From Macrostomum lignano (taxonomy: Eukaryota), in contig NIVC01003375.1 in NCBI GenBank assembly GCA_002269645.1, positions 1 to 64,000 on the forward strand: a DNA stretch of 64,000 nucleotides, written 5' to 3'. The notes beneath the pieces are model-generated. The model saw only the letters and a program-made list of their open reading frames with translations, was not told the origin of the DNA and did no database searches. Of the stretch, positions 46,766-59,756 are shown piece after piece. Each line of letters starts with the position of its first letter. Positions within the stretch are counted from its first letter, which is position 1. The position numbers were made by a program, and so were the translations under genes.

Positions 46766-49700
46766 TCAGCTTACCCGAGACTTGTACTCTCGAAGGAACT
46801 CGTCAAAAAGTCTGCTGGCAGCGATGCAGTCTCTGTGCTTGTGCACCAGGCGGACCAGCAGCTCATCGTCCTGCCAGTAGTTCAGCGCCATCTGAAGCTC
46901 CTGTGTGTCAGGCTCGCTGCTGTTGAGCAGTTCTTCAAACAGAGCAGCACGACTGCTTGGACTGCTCAAGCCGAACTCCAGCTGCAAAGTCTTCATCAGT
47001 GCGTCGAAGTTCACGTAGAAGTAGTTCGTATAGGAGTAAGTTGGAGCTGGGAAAGCTTCACTGATGTGGCAGGGCAGAAATTCGAAGACCGGCTTTTCGT
47101 TAAACTTGAAGCAGAATTTCATGGCAGAGTCGGTGCTTTGAAGGTGATTCCAAATTAGCACTTTTGCTTCATCAACAGATAGGGGTTGGTCACGTGGACA
47201 GTGAATGTCTCGACTGCCACGCTGGAGGCTTACTTCAGCATCCAAGCGCAATGGTAGTCCGAATTTCAGACACATCAGGGCTCTCAGGCATTCCCTTGTC
47301 GTTCTGGCACAATCTGGTAATCTGTTGATCAAATTCTCCACGATATTTTGTGTTTCAGCCTCTATGTCGGCAGCATCTTCAGCCAGTTCCGCAATCACAC
47401 GCTTGATGATGGGGTAAATTTTGTGGCACGGCAGTTTGACTGCTTCGTCCAAATAAGAAGACGTGTCGGATGTTGAGATGAGAATTGTGAAAGGGTGAAA
47501 CCTGATCACGCCGCCCGAGGCTTGGATTCGCAGAATACTTTTGTACTTTGCGAGCAGGTCCGGCAAATCTGACAGCACACCTGTCACCACGCGACTGATC
47601 ACCTCTTTGGACTGGTGATCGCCGCGCAAGTACACTGCGGCGTCCCGCAGGAAGAAGTGCCTCATGCACTCGCTCCTACTCTGCGTCACCGTTCTGAGAC
47701 CGTCTTGCAACAGCTGTAGTGACCGTCGAACTAGCAGCAGCAAGTTTTCTGGCTTCCAGAGCTCTTTCGGAGTCTCGTCGAGCATATAGAAAAGCAGGTT
47801 TTTAGCATGGTAGGTCTTTATTCCAGTGGCTTGCTTTGCTATCACTTTCTTGATGAGGTACTTTAAGACGATAAACAGCTGTCCTTGAACAGTGGAGAGG
47901 CGCTGCATCACTGCTCGCTCGAGATGCGTGGTGCTGACGCGCATGCGGCTGCCAGCCATTCCCGGCGGCGAGGCCGAGACTGCATGGCACTCCGAGTTTT
48001 GCAGGCAGCCGCGCAAGGCCTCAAGCATAACGTCTGGCATGCGAGACCGATAGGAGGGCTGCAGCACCTGCGCTGGTGGGTAGTTGCAGCACGGGTGGGC
48101 TCGAATCTCATCGATTGCGGGGCACAACGGCGATCCCTCGTTCATTTGATTTGGCCTCGTAACTGAAGTGATGGTGGGAGTTGTGATGGTGCCAGCTGCT
48201 GTAAAACTGTTGTAGTGAATTCGGGCATTTTTCTTTTGCAGCCCCATTCATTACTGTCTGAGGCTGAGAATAAATGCCGAGGGTCTCATCCTCATGCCAA
48301 CAGCTATAACCGGCTTGCTAAGAGTTCGCATGACTGATTGGCTTGGTTACCGTGCAAGCGTGAGTAGCTCCTGCTGCTCCCTGATGCTATACTACGGAGG
48401 TGGAACGGGAGCTCCTGATTGAGACCCGAGGGCAAGAACTGTAGCTGGGTGCTTGGGAGCTGGGTGCTGAGAGCACAAAAAAATCTATCCGTGTATGGAG
48501 TTGAAAAGTATGATACTCGTACAATGTAGAGTGGTTGGTGACTTTAGGAGAATTCACTAAGCTCACCATTGATGAGAAACTCGACATGTCCATTCTCGTA
48601 ACGAACCGGAGTGCATTCGTTAGGGCAGGTGGTGCTGCTGTCCGAGTCAAGCGAGCTGACAATATGCAGCTTTGTTCCGGCCAAAATTCTTGTGATGTCG
48701 ATGTCAGAGTCGTCATCGATCCGACCATCGATTCCCGTCAGACTGCTGCCCCAACCGTCGGCAAAGCTTCCAAAGACGAAGAAGTCCCTGCACTCGCACC
48801 TCAGTCTGATCAGGTCTTGAAGAACTGCGCCTGAGCCTACCTGTAAAGTGGCTACTGCTTGGTTGAATCCCGCATCAGACATGGCGGAGGACAGTATGAC
48901 TGAGAGTCGCCTGTCCTCTTTCGCCACATCAGTAAATTCGTCGCGGAATTCGATGTCCTGCCGACAGGAACCAGCAGCTGTCTGACAAGTCTTCGGATTC
49001 CAGAAGAGCTCGATGAGGTGAAACTGGCCAAATGCTGCTGCAAAGTGAAGAGGTGACCAGCCATCTTTGTCAACAAGTTCTACATTAGCCCCTGCTTCAA
49101 TAAGCTTAGCAACAACATCAGTTGGCCCGCCTTGCAGCATGGCCACATGAAGCGGAGTCCATCCATCGAATTCGCGAATGTCAATTTGACAGCCGGCCTT
49201 GATCAGAACTTCGGCAACTGCGGCTTTGCTCTGCTGGGAAACAATGTGCAAGGCGGACCAACCGATGTTTTCCCTGAGATCGATTTCTGCCCCAGATTCG
49301 ATCAGCATCGAGACGACGTCAGCATGGCCGTGATTAGCTGCGAACTGCAAAGGCGAATCGCCTGCGTTCTCTTGCATGTCGACGTCTGCACCATTTTCTA
49401 TCAGCAGCGATACAATGCGATCGTAGCCGTGCTGAGCTGCCATGAAAATTGGCGAATCTCCACTCGAGTCAGGACTGTTGACATCGGCCCCGGCGGAAAT
49501 TAGGACGGCCACGACTTTGGCGTGACCACTCATCGCTGCACTGTGTAGGGGTGTCGATTGGTTGCCATCTGAGCACTGAATATTTGCTCCTGCCCGAATT
49601 AGCGCCTTCACCACAGTCACGTGCCCATTCTGCGAGGCGTAGTGGAGAGGAGTCATTTGACGATTGTTGCACGTATCAACCGAGCTGTCGCTGGCGATAA

Positions 49701-50511
49701 GAGCTGCAACGATATTATCAAGTCCATCTTCTGCCGCGACGCCAAGCGCCGACCAGCCAATCGAATCTGTAGCATTCGCACTGGCTTGAGCTGCCAGCAG
49801 AACCGAAACAAGCTCGGCATTTCCTACCAACACCGCATTTTGCAGTGCCGATATCCCGTCATCGTTTGCAAGATCGACATCCGTCATGTTGGCTATCAAT
49901 AAGCTGACTACCGAAGGATTGCCACCCAGAACGGCAGCTTGAAGGATAGTGTTTCCCGCGGAGATGATAGCTCGCTCTCGGCGATTATTGCTTGCCTGAC
50001 GACGACCAACATTGCTAACCGGAAAACAAACGTCTGTTTGAAAGTTCAAGTCCGCCCCGGCCTGCACTAGAGCCACTGCAGCACTAAAATGGCTGTTGAG
50101 GGCGGCTGCGAATAGCGACAAGTTTAGTTGCATCTCCGACACAGGGCAGATCTCAGATAGGAGGAGCTGCACCATCTCGGAATTGCACAGGGCAGCAGCC
50201 TCGGTCACTGGGGTCTCACCGGACAATGTTGCGAGGTTTGAATCCGCCTGAGCTGCCACCAGCAAGCGCAGAGCTTGCAGATGACCTCGGCGGACTGCCA
50301 AATGGACGGCCGTTGATCCGTCTGTTGTGGTTGCATCGACATCAGCCATGGCTTCGATCAGGGAGCGAACCGTTTCAATTTCATTGCGCCACACTGCCGA
50401 ATGAAGTTGAGTCCATCCGGTAGCTGGGTCTCTCTCTTCTGGACTGTTCTGCTCATGCAGCCACTTGCGAACTGATGAAGTCCGAGTCTCTGCATTGACG
50501 TCGGATTGCAT
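46766..50511 (-). CDS. Ankyrin-repeat + Mab-21/cGAS-like nucleotidyltransferase (cGLR-type) protein; probable exons 48567-50511 and 46766-48198
   Basis: ~14 ankyrin repeats (TPLH.A...G...V..LI..GA.V), then NTase signature FVFGSFADGW...DDDSDID; the second ORF carries CPAIDEIRAHPC..YP, RVSTTHLE, IKTYHAKNLLF and C..HFFL Mab-21 motifs. Donor G|GTGAGC (48566) and acceptor ttttacag|CA (48199) are in phase. Confidence 0.85.
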
Positions 50512-51739
50512 TTTTTCTAAATTTCACCTTAGATAGAGTGAGCAGCTCAAGCAGCAACGTATGCAATGAGCACGGGACAACTACTCTATTTATGCTTGAG
50601 GCGAGAGAGGACAATAGAAATCATGAACGGCTTCCTCAAGCTACAATATTTTGCGATCTGAGTGGCGTACTTCCAGTCTGGAATGAGCATTTTATTGTGG
50701 TACGCGTTGTCTACACCCTACTCTGATAGTGTACAATTGGCTTGCAACCTCAGTGCAAGCATGCCGTAAACAGTGGATCTAAAATTAAGACGCATACATT
50801 ATTTTTACGAAAAAATTTTCTGTCTTTTTCCTGTGCTAAATGCTTTTCAGCATAATTGGTTGAAGTACGAAGGCCATCCAGTTGACTGTTTGCCAGAAAT
50901 TGCTCGCAGCAATGGAAACATCAGATTGCAGGGTTTTGCGTTCGCAACTGCGCAGTTCAGTGACGATCTTGAATGCGCCTCTTTCTCTCAATATTCCAGC
51001 TGTAGTGCAGACTCCAGTGAGGACATGGCGTACCTTAAAGGTTGGGCATGGATACTAATATTGGACTACTGTCAAAAGCAATTTACACCCAATCAGTTTT
51101 TGAAATTATAAATTCCCTCGATAATGTACTTTTTAAGAACTGCGAGCCTTTATAAGATTTTTTTCCAAGAAACAATTGGCTCACAAAGTGAAGATTTAGT
51201 AGAGGTGTTGAATACTCAGTGATAATTACTAGTAGCTTAATTGAAGCCACTTTATCTTGTCAGTTGTCAGCTCGTTCGGCCCCAGGACTTCCTACCGGGC
51301 ATTCGAGTATAAGATCACCTGAAACTTATTAGTAAAATAATTAGCAGAAACAACACTAATGTTATTTGTCAATTTTTGACTAAGTACTGCAGAAACAGTA
51401 AATATGATTATTAAGAGCTCTAATCAGGTAAGCGATACGCAATGCGGTCTATTTATTGTATTAAAAACCGATCTGTGCAAACTGCGCGATAGTGAGATGA
51501 AGAATGACAGCAGCTGATTAATGCGGGATAATGACAGACTGGGAGACGGTAAAAATTATTTAATTATTGCCAGCCGAAGAGCCGAGATGGAGCACAGTGT
51601 CGCAGCTAACAATACGCTAACATATGCAAGCAGATATTCATTTCTGTTTAACTTGGTTTCTTAAATCAGCAGCTCGGAATATTGCTGGAAGGATTGCAAT
51701 TCACTGCAAGATGAGTTTGATGAGAGCAGGTGAGGCGAG

Positions 51740-51960
51740 AAATGAGATCTGAAATGATATGGAAGGAAAGGGAGATAAGATGTGAGGAGAGAGATGAGAT
51801 GAGATGTGAGGAGATAGATGAGATGTGAAGGGAGATGAGATGTAAGGAGACAGATGAGATATGAGGAGGGAGATATGTGAGGGAGATGAGAGGTGAGGAA
51901 GATGAGATGTGAAGAGAGACATGAGATGCACAGGGACGGATTGAGATGAGAGGTTTGGAT
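51740..51960. repeat. GA-rich degenerate simple repeat (gagatgagatgtga-like)
   Basis: Direct reading. Confidence 0.8.
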
Positions 51961-52540
51961 AGGTCGTATTCAATACAAAGCAAAGCAGCAGCCCAGCGAG
52001 ACAAAGTGAGCAGCCATAATTATCGCAAAATAATGCCAGAATAGAAAAAGCAAAACAAAGGCGCGAGAGATCCGACTGTTGACGAGGCCATATTGCAAGC
52101 CAAGCTTGAGTGAGCTGGTTAGACAGGAGGATTAAATCCCGCGCAAAGGAGTTGTGGAGACTCAAAAGAACATGCCCTATCTAGCAAAGGCTTGCTTTAA
52201 ATAAAAGTCTGTAAAAACAAGAGAATAGAGAAAAACTGTTGACTCAGAATACGCTCGCAAAAAAAAGCATGAGAAAGTCGCAAAGTCACTTAGGAATTCA
52301 GCTTGAGCTACCTGTAATCTGCCCAATTCCAATAAGATAGAAGATTATTTTACAAAAAAGCAAAATCTAGAACTACGACTGTCGATCGCTGTTATCTGAA
52401 TCCTGAATATCAGGCTTATCAATAGCTTCACAAAAAAGATCAAAAGAGATGCCGCTTTGAGCTCCAAATAGAACTAAACACTGAGTTTCTGATTAGAATC
52501 AGAACAGATCAAAAGAAACACCGACAGTCTGGCAGAAAGA

Positions 52541-53297
52541 TCAAAGGCTGCGGCCGCCAGCAGCCGCACTGGCGCCGCCAAAGAGAGCCGCCTGCAGGTC
52601 GGCCAGATGGTCGAGCTCGCGGTCTTCAACAATGCGGAACTTGGCATTGAACAGCAGGCAGTGCCTGGTCACGGTGTTCAGGTGCGGCACCAGGTCGAGG
52701 CGCAGCACGGCGTCGTAATGCGCTGAGTAGATGTGCGCCAGAATGTGCAGCAGGTGGCGCAGCACGCAGCCAGAGGCGGAGTGCAGATCGTGCAGGAAGG
52801 CCTGGCCGTAGCGGGTGGGGAACTGGCCGAGCAGCTCCTGGCACTGGGCCAGGGCGCTGTCGATCTGGTTGCGGGCGTTGGCGCGGGCCTGGAGACACCA
52901 AACAGAGTTCGAGTTAGTTTAAACCCTGGTATTATTTAAACACCTGCGGGCCTCTCACCTTCTTTGCTTTCTCCTCGGTAACTCCAAAATTGACGCCTCC
53001 AGGGCCAGTAAACCGATCGCAGGTGCAAAAATCGAACACAGCCTCAAACAGGGTGCCAACATTTTCATACAGGGCGGTCACGTGAGTGGCGATCCATTCG
53101 TTCTGCTGGAGCAGCAGTGGCTGGTCGAGAAGGCTGTCCAGGTCTGCACTCAATGAGATCTGCTTGGACGCATACTCAGTCTGGGTGTAGAGTCTGGACT
53201 CGTCTGGCCCAGCTGTAGAATTGGAGCCAGAATTGCCATTAGAAGCAATTGCAGCGCCTCCTGGCTTGCCACGAGCTTTGCCAATGAGCCAGTCCAT
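52541..53297 (-). CDS. MOB2: MOB kinase activator 2-like, 228 aa; exons 52959-53297 and 52541-52888
   Basis: N-terminus MDWLIGKARGKP (MOB2-type), NEWIATH, FPTRYG..F, RHLLHILAHIYSAHY, L..HLNT...H..LF; 70-nt GTGAGA...ctccag intron in phase 0. Confidence 0.9.
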
Positions 53298-54269
53298 GTT
53301 GACTGTTGCGGCTAATTGAACTGCTAGATTATTGAGTTACTGCACTGAAAAGAGTTACTGCACTTTATAGAGCTATCAAAGCTATGTAGCCATGAACAAT
53401 ATCAATATTGTATCCAATAATATATCCAAGCTGAGTCTAGTATATATGACGTTAAAGTAGTTATTACTTTTTTCAAACAATACACAAAAAAAGCTTAATT
53501 TGAAATTAATAAAACTATTCCACAATAGTTAATATTTTAACAATAGATATTAGAGTTCCATTATAGCTATAGATATAGCTAAAAGAAACTAGTCTATTGG
53601 ATATGACAAATTTTAGATAAAATATATAAATGCTTAAAGGTTATAGGAAAATATAGTTCCATATCTGATATTAGCAAAAATAATAAATAACTAAGATCCT
53701 TGAAGCCCTTTATTTAATAAGCAGGAGAGTAGAAATGAATGAATGCTACTAGTTTTAAACCTTTATAATTTTATAGGAGCTTTTAATTATTTAGGGTCAA
53801 GGTCAAATATTTAATTAACAATTTTCTATACATGTATATTTAATATTTATCCTATACTAGACAAATAAAAGCAATATTGTTTTCCCATATTAGATGAATA
53901 GTCAACATTATCTTTTCTTTTTAATAGACTGCACCTATGCAATATAAATTATACAATATAATGTGACTTGACTATGTATTCATATTTATATTGTCAGAAT
54001 GTCAGTTTGGACCATTTTGCTTTTATCTATATAGGCTCACATGAAGCTAAGAGACAATACCAGTTTTAAAGCCTGTTGTGTGACAAGCTAAAATATAAAA
54101 GAACCTTAAGAGGTCTGGAGTGAAGGAAGTACACAATTATTTTGGAGCACCACTTGACAACTTGTGCAGCTTAGGCTAGGGCCTATTTTAAATTCAAGAC
54201 ATAACAATGGCATTGTTGTCTTGAAAGAACCTGTAAGAGCTTCCCTAGATAGAAGAAAAATTTGAGGCC

Positions 54270-54960
54270 TTGATCAAGTGGTTTGAAACCATCTGCAAGA
54301 GATCTAGCGTGAAGGATGAGAAAAAGGAAAGGTTTTCATCTAAGACCAACTTTTTTATAAGCCTTATGGAGGAAACTGCCTACAACAAGCTGCAGAATCT
54401 AGTCACTCTGGCAAAGCCAGAGAAAAAGACCTTCAAAGAATTGAAGGATGAAATTGAGAAGCATGTTGTGCCACAGAAGAAACTGGTTATAGCTGAACAC
54501 TACAAGTTTAACTTATTAAAGCAAGATGAATATGAGTCAATGGCAGATTTTGAGAATAGGTTATGTGCCCAAGCAGACCAATGTCAATGATGTCAATTTG
54601 GAGATTTCCTACAAGAAGCTTTGAGACAAATTCATGGCAGGACTGCGCAGTGAGTCTGTGGTGAAAAGCTGCTTATCAAAGACCCACTGACCCTGGAGGC
54701 TGGAGCTGGCAGTGGAGACTGCCACAGTGCAAGAGCAAGTAAGCAAAAGTGCCTTAAGCACTAATGGAAAGGTGGAAACAGTCAGTGCAACTAAGGGCAG
54801 AGTACGACAACAAAACAGGGCCCAAGCTCAAGGACGCACATTCAGTAAGGCTTGCAATTTCTGTATAAAGAGGCACCCGCCAAAGGCATGCCTTGCATAT
54901 GGAGCAAAATGTCGAAAAAGTGGGAAAATTAATCATTTTGAAGCTGCATGTAAGCTGTAA
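54270..54960 (+). pseudogene. Decayed Ty3/Gypsy-type LTR retrotransposon gag fragment
   Basis: AYNKLQNL..LAKPEKKTFKEL...VIAEHYKF..LKQ..ES.ADF..RL..QA..CQFG motif and degenerate CCHC knuckles (CNFCIKRHPPKAC…HFEAAC); stops and frameshifts; no pol seen. Confidence 0.75.
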
Positions 54961-55290
54961 ATCTGCTAGCGGACATTTTCTAAACAAAATCAAAATCTGC
55001 TAGAGCTAGGCCTAGCAGTAGCAGGACTAAATAATTATCACGAGAGTCATCAGTCATGATCATTGATTAAAATGTAGCTTCTTAGCAAAGCTCATAGAAA
55101 TATTATGAATAGGATGATCTATTCGTTGCAAATACTGTATAACAAACAGTGTTTCATCGTTCAGGATTGGGCAGTCAGTGTTCCATTGACCATTTTATTT
55201 AGGAGACCAAGAAATTATTATGAACCTTATGAACCCTTAAGGTTCATTATGAAGGTCATTATAAGGTTATTATGAACCCTCCAAACAGTC

Positions 55291-55366
55291 CATTTCGGCG
55301 ACAAGTCATTTCGGCGACAACCATTTCGGCGACAAGTCATTTCGGCGACAACCATTTCGGCGACAA
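55291..55366. repeat. Five tandem catttcggcgacaa units, possibly a terminal/subterminal repeat of the adjacent MULE
   Basis: Units at 55291, 55307, 55322, 55338, 55353; no inverted partner found on the other side. Confidence 0.7.
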
Positions 55367-55502
55367 TACTTTTGAACAAATTTATTTAAATTTATTAAAT
55401 CAAATAAAAGAAGTCACAAATCCGTCAAATCGGCAGAAGCGCGGAACAAATCGGCAACAAATGTAAGTAAAAGATTAAAAGTAAGATTAAAAGTAAAATA
55501 CC

Positions 55503-57152
55503 TTACTGTTCCACAGGGGCATTCATGCAGCTGCAAGCGAGCAGAAGTCCCTCTAAAGTCCTGGTGCTGGCCTCATACTCCGCCCAGAGACGGAAGTAGG
55601 CCTCCTGCCTTGCATGCACTGCTGGCCGTGCGTCCCGACGAGTGGCACCCTGGCTAAGTAGCGCTGCATCAATCTCAACCTGGTGGGCCTCCTGGTACAG
55701 CAGCTTCAGCAGCAAGTAGAACTGCACATTAGCCCTCATAGCACGGCGCTATAGCTTGTTGTGCCAGCCCTCAGTATCATTGTTTGTTCTAATGGCTAGC
55801 CGATAGACTGAGAGCTCCTGCACTCGCCAGCTGGAGCCGCAGATCCACGTGCCCTGGACGTAGTCACAGAGGCCATTCAGTTCAACATCGGTGACCGTGC
55901 TCCGCAGTGTATAGAAGGCATTCGCGATTCTGTTGCCAGGCAGAAATGGCAATGCCATGAGTTGTCAGCAGAACGTCTGCGTGTCGTCATCATTCGAGTA
56001 TGCTGGTGCGAGGCCAGTGGTGAGGATGCGGCGGTAGATAGCCTGGGTGAAATGAAAGGCACAACCATGCCGCGTAGCTGTTGGAAACTCGGTGTGTATT
56101 GCTCGCCACACCGCTGCCTCGTAGTCCATCATGCACTCAGATGGCCGGCCATAGAGGACATCACGGGCGAAAATGAAGACTAAGCGGTAGTCCTCGTAGC
56201 CTCTATCAGACATTAGCACCATTAGCAATGGCACCTGCTTTAAGTGCCCTTCAGGGCCGACAACAAATGTGTGCAGTGAGTACAGCTGCTGAAATGGCGC
56301 TGGTACAACACTGAATGTGCCGTCCAGTTACCAGTTTGTCGCGCGTCGGAGATAGTGTAGCATTGCGGGTGTTGCCATCAGCAGATGTCGTCGACCAGGT
56401 TCTCTGATGTCATGCACGACAAAGTTCTCAGGCACCGAGGCATGCAATTTGAAATTGATGTCGGCCGGTTCCTCCGGTCAGTCTGCCGCACGCTTGCGAT
56501 TGGCAGCAGCTCCTCGCATGCAATCTGTGGCGCCGACGTGAAGAGCTGCTGCTTAGGCCCTAGCTCGCGCTGCAACAGCCTGGCGCAGCCTCTTCCTCTC
56601 AGCAGGCCGGTACTGCTCCTCATGGTTGTGCTGTGCGGGGCCTGGCGTGAACAGGTTGCCTCGCTGAGTCACTGTGGCCTTGCATGTCGCCTTGGCATTA
56701 CGCGTTGTGCACCTCCAGTACACCACCTCTCCTCGTCTGCGGCTGATGACAAAAGTAAATCTGCTGTCCACAACAAGCGAGTCCTTGCCTCTGGTTGAAC
56801 CGCCACGAACAATTTCGAATGGTACTGCAATTCGTGGTGCGAGATGTTGAGGCGGGGGTACTTCTACTGGGACAGCACCTTGCCGTTTCTGTTCTTGCCA
56901 ATCAATTCGCTCAGGGTCAGGCTGCTCAGGCTCAGGCTGCTCAGGGTCAGGCTGCTCAGGCACTGGCCATGAGCACAGGCTGCACAACCAGTCGAAGCTC
57001 TCCAGTCTCTGTAGCTGGCGGTAATGCTGCTGTGTCACGCCGCTGTTGCAGGTCCTATGCTGCCACCTGGAACATTCGTCACATTGCAAATGCACTCGTC
57101 CACCATTCTTGGAAAAAGGCATTTGTAAATTTTTAAACAACAACTGTAACAA
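55503..57152 (-). mobile_element. Decayed Mutator-like (MULE) transposase gene: PHD finger + FLYWCH + MULE transposase
   Basis: CDECSRWQHRTC..WLCSLC (PHD); VYWRC...CKA...HNH (FLYWCH); W*LDGTF, MMDYEAA, GCAFHFTQAIYR, RTNNDTEGWHNKL; in-frame stops near 56329, 55965 and 55749 plus frameshifts. Confidence 0.88.
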
Positions 57153-57849
57153 GTAAAACTAATGCGTACTAAAAATAAAATACTTATGAACTGTTTTAAC
57201 TTTAAGCCTAATTTAAAATTTCAATTAAGTTTAAAAAATTGTTTCTAAGCTCTAACGTTTGCTTGGGCTAAATCAGTAGTAGTTTTGTCTTGATCAGTTT
57301 ACATTGCTAACTTCACTACCAGAGTTACAATCCAGAGTGTAAAAGTCCGCAAATTGATAACTCGTAATTAAACCATAATCATTTTGATCTCTCTCAGCTC
57401 GATCGAATTGACCCATATTAGTCTACAAACTCAAGTAAAACAAAGTCAAATTTTGTTTCTAATTTTAACTTAAATTTATATAGACGTATAGTCCTATAGA
57501 CTCCAAGTTTTCTAGCTGGAAAAATGAGCAACCCAACTTTTGAAGCTGCATTAGCTAAAGCAAAACAGGTAAGGCATTGGGAAGTCTGTTATAATATACT
57601 TTTGTAAACTTTCACAAATTTCATGTCCTTGCAACTTGTCTGTTATTGCTAGGTAATTAACAGGTAGCGGGCTTATGGATCCAGAGAATTTTGAATGAAC
57701 TATATGAACTATAACTTTTGCCAACACATTTTCTGACACATCTTTTGACACTTTTTACAACTCTTAAAATGTTGCAAAAGTGTCAGATGTGTCCAAAAAT
57801 GTGTCAGTAAAAGTTATACAAATTTTTTAAAGGGGGTACAGATTGCCCA

Positions 57850-58303
57850 TAGTCCGGAAGGTGGCCTTTACGCCGGAATTTTCCGGCGTAATTTTGCACT
57901 TGCTGACAATCTTGGCATACATTTGGCATATAGAATATTCAGGTTCAACATGAAGTGTAAACAACCGGCGTACAAGAAATAGAAAAGTTCAGGGCTGATG
58001 CAATCGTGTAATTAAATATCAATTAACCAAAGCTCTTCTGAATATAAACAGTTAACAAAACAGAAAATATTAACAAAATTTACGAGAAAAACAAAATTAA
58101 AACAAAGAATATTAGTTTTTGGAAAAAATCAGCCATTTTCAAGTAAATAATTATTTTTAAGTTTTAAAAAATACAAATTCTTTAAAAAGTTGGCGTATAA
58201 ACAACTTTTGACTTAGCGTAAAAAATTTTTGAACTTTACGTCGGCGTAAAATTGAAAAGACACGAATTTTCACTCCGGCGTACGCCTGCCATGATCCGGA
58301 CTA
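57850..58303. mobile_element. MITE-like element A (termini TAGTCCGGA...TCCGGACTA)
   Basis: Short terminal inverted repeats; its reverse complement aligns by eye with 58353-59409. Confidence 0.75.
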
Positions 58304-58352
58304 TGGCAGATTGCTTAAGTACATATATATCATATATTATATACCATAGGCC

Positions 58353-59409
58353 TAGTCCGGATCATGGCAGGTGTATGCCAGAATGAAAATTATGTTTTTT
58401 CAATTTTACGCGGAAACTAAAATTGTTTATATGCCATTTTTTAACATATATATATTTTTAGGAACTCAAAACTTTTACTAAACTTTAAAACAGCTATTTT
58501 TGCTAAAAACTAATATTCTTTGTTTTAATTTTTATTTTCTCGTGATCATATTCATATTTTCTATTTTAGTTTTCAATTATTTTTAAAAAGCCTTCAACGT
58601 TGGTTGTAGTATTCCGCCATAAGGAGGGTCCATGTACCATAGCCATAGCCATAAGCAAAACTATGGCTTATTCCAATTCTCCATATTCTGTAGCCGTAGG
58701 GACCCCAAAATTATCATATTCCCATAGTCCCTATAGCTATAGCTATAGTTTTAACAAAAAGTCTAGAAAACAAAATATTTTGAATCAAAAAGATAACCTA
58801 GTGCTTAAAAAACTACAAATTAAAAAAATAAAAAAAACACTCAATTGCCCTTGTAAGATTATATTTTGTCTTTTTTAGAGCAACAATACTTAATCGTTAC
58901 TGAAAGTACTAATGCTAAACTTTTTCACATTAATTAAAATTAGAGTTTGCTAGTGTTTTATTGTACTTTTTTAGATATATTTCTAAGTTTCTAGGTGGAT
59001 AATACAGTTTACTAAAAGTATCTTGTTTTATTCTACCTGTTTCTAATATTTTTTCTATTTTTTAATATTAATAACTATGGCTACAGGAATTTACAGAATG
59101 TGACAGCAACTACCATATTTCTGTAGTTATAGCCATAAGAGCAGCTAGTTACCGTAGGTATATCTATAGCTGCCATAGGCACCTATTTTACTATATTTGC
59201 CGTAGGATCCCATAGTCGTAGCTACAGCTAGTTGGAACACTAGTTGGTTGATATTTAACTACACAATTATATTAGCCTTGAACTTTGCTATTTTTTGTAT
59301 GCCGACTGTGTACACTTCATGTTGAACCTGAAAATTCAATATGCCAAATATACACCAAGATTGTTAGCGAGAGCAAAAATTTCTAGCGTAAAGGCCACCT
59401 TCTGGACTA
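58353..59409. mobile_element. MITE-like element B, inverted copy of A, interrupted by an insertion
   Basis: Starts tagtccggatcatggcagg, ends ggccaccttctggacta. Confidence 0.75.
58607..59242. mobile_element. Non-autonomous hAT-like element (636 bp) with 8-bp target-site duplication
   Basis: Flanked by GTTGGTTG at 58599-58606 and 59243-59250; imperfect TIRs TAGTATTCC / GGAACACTA; internal gccatag/ctatagc repeats. Confidence 0.75.
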
Positions 59410-59756
59410 TAGATTATATATACTATATCTATATGTATAATAATGTATATTTTCTATAAAAATAAAAAAAATTCTAATGCAATGGAAGGAATACAATCTA
59501 CTTTGGTAATAGCCACTTCAGTAACAGCTACTTTGGTAACAAAGCAAATTTATAACTATTAACATTATATTTTCATGGTAGCTAACTTTAGTAACTAATT
59601 AGTAACTAACTATTACTTTAATAATTAACTTTTACACTATTTTATTGCCAAGTATGGTTTAACTTTCTAGTTAAACTAAATTATAATTTGTTTAAATCTG
59701 TGATTTAAATTTGTAAAAAATTTAAAGGTAGCAAAGAACAATGTCAATATACATTA

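Noticed and set aside
50773-51111. 112-aa ORF upstream of the ankyrin-cGLR gene
   Set aside because: GTG start, no recognisable motif and no clear splice context
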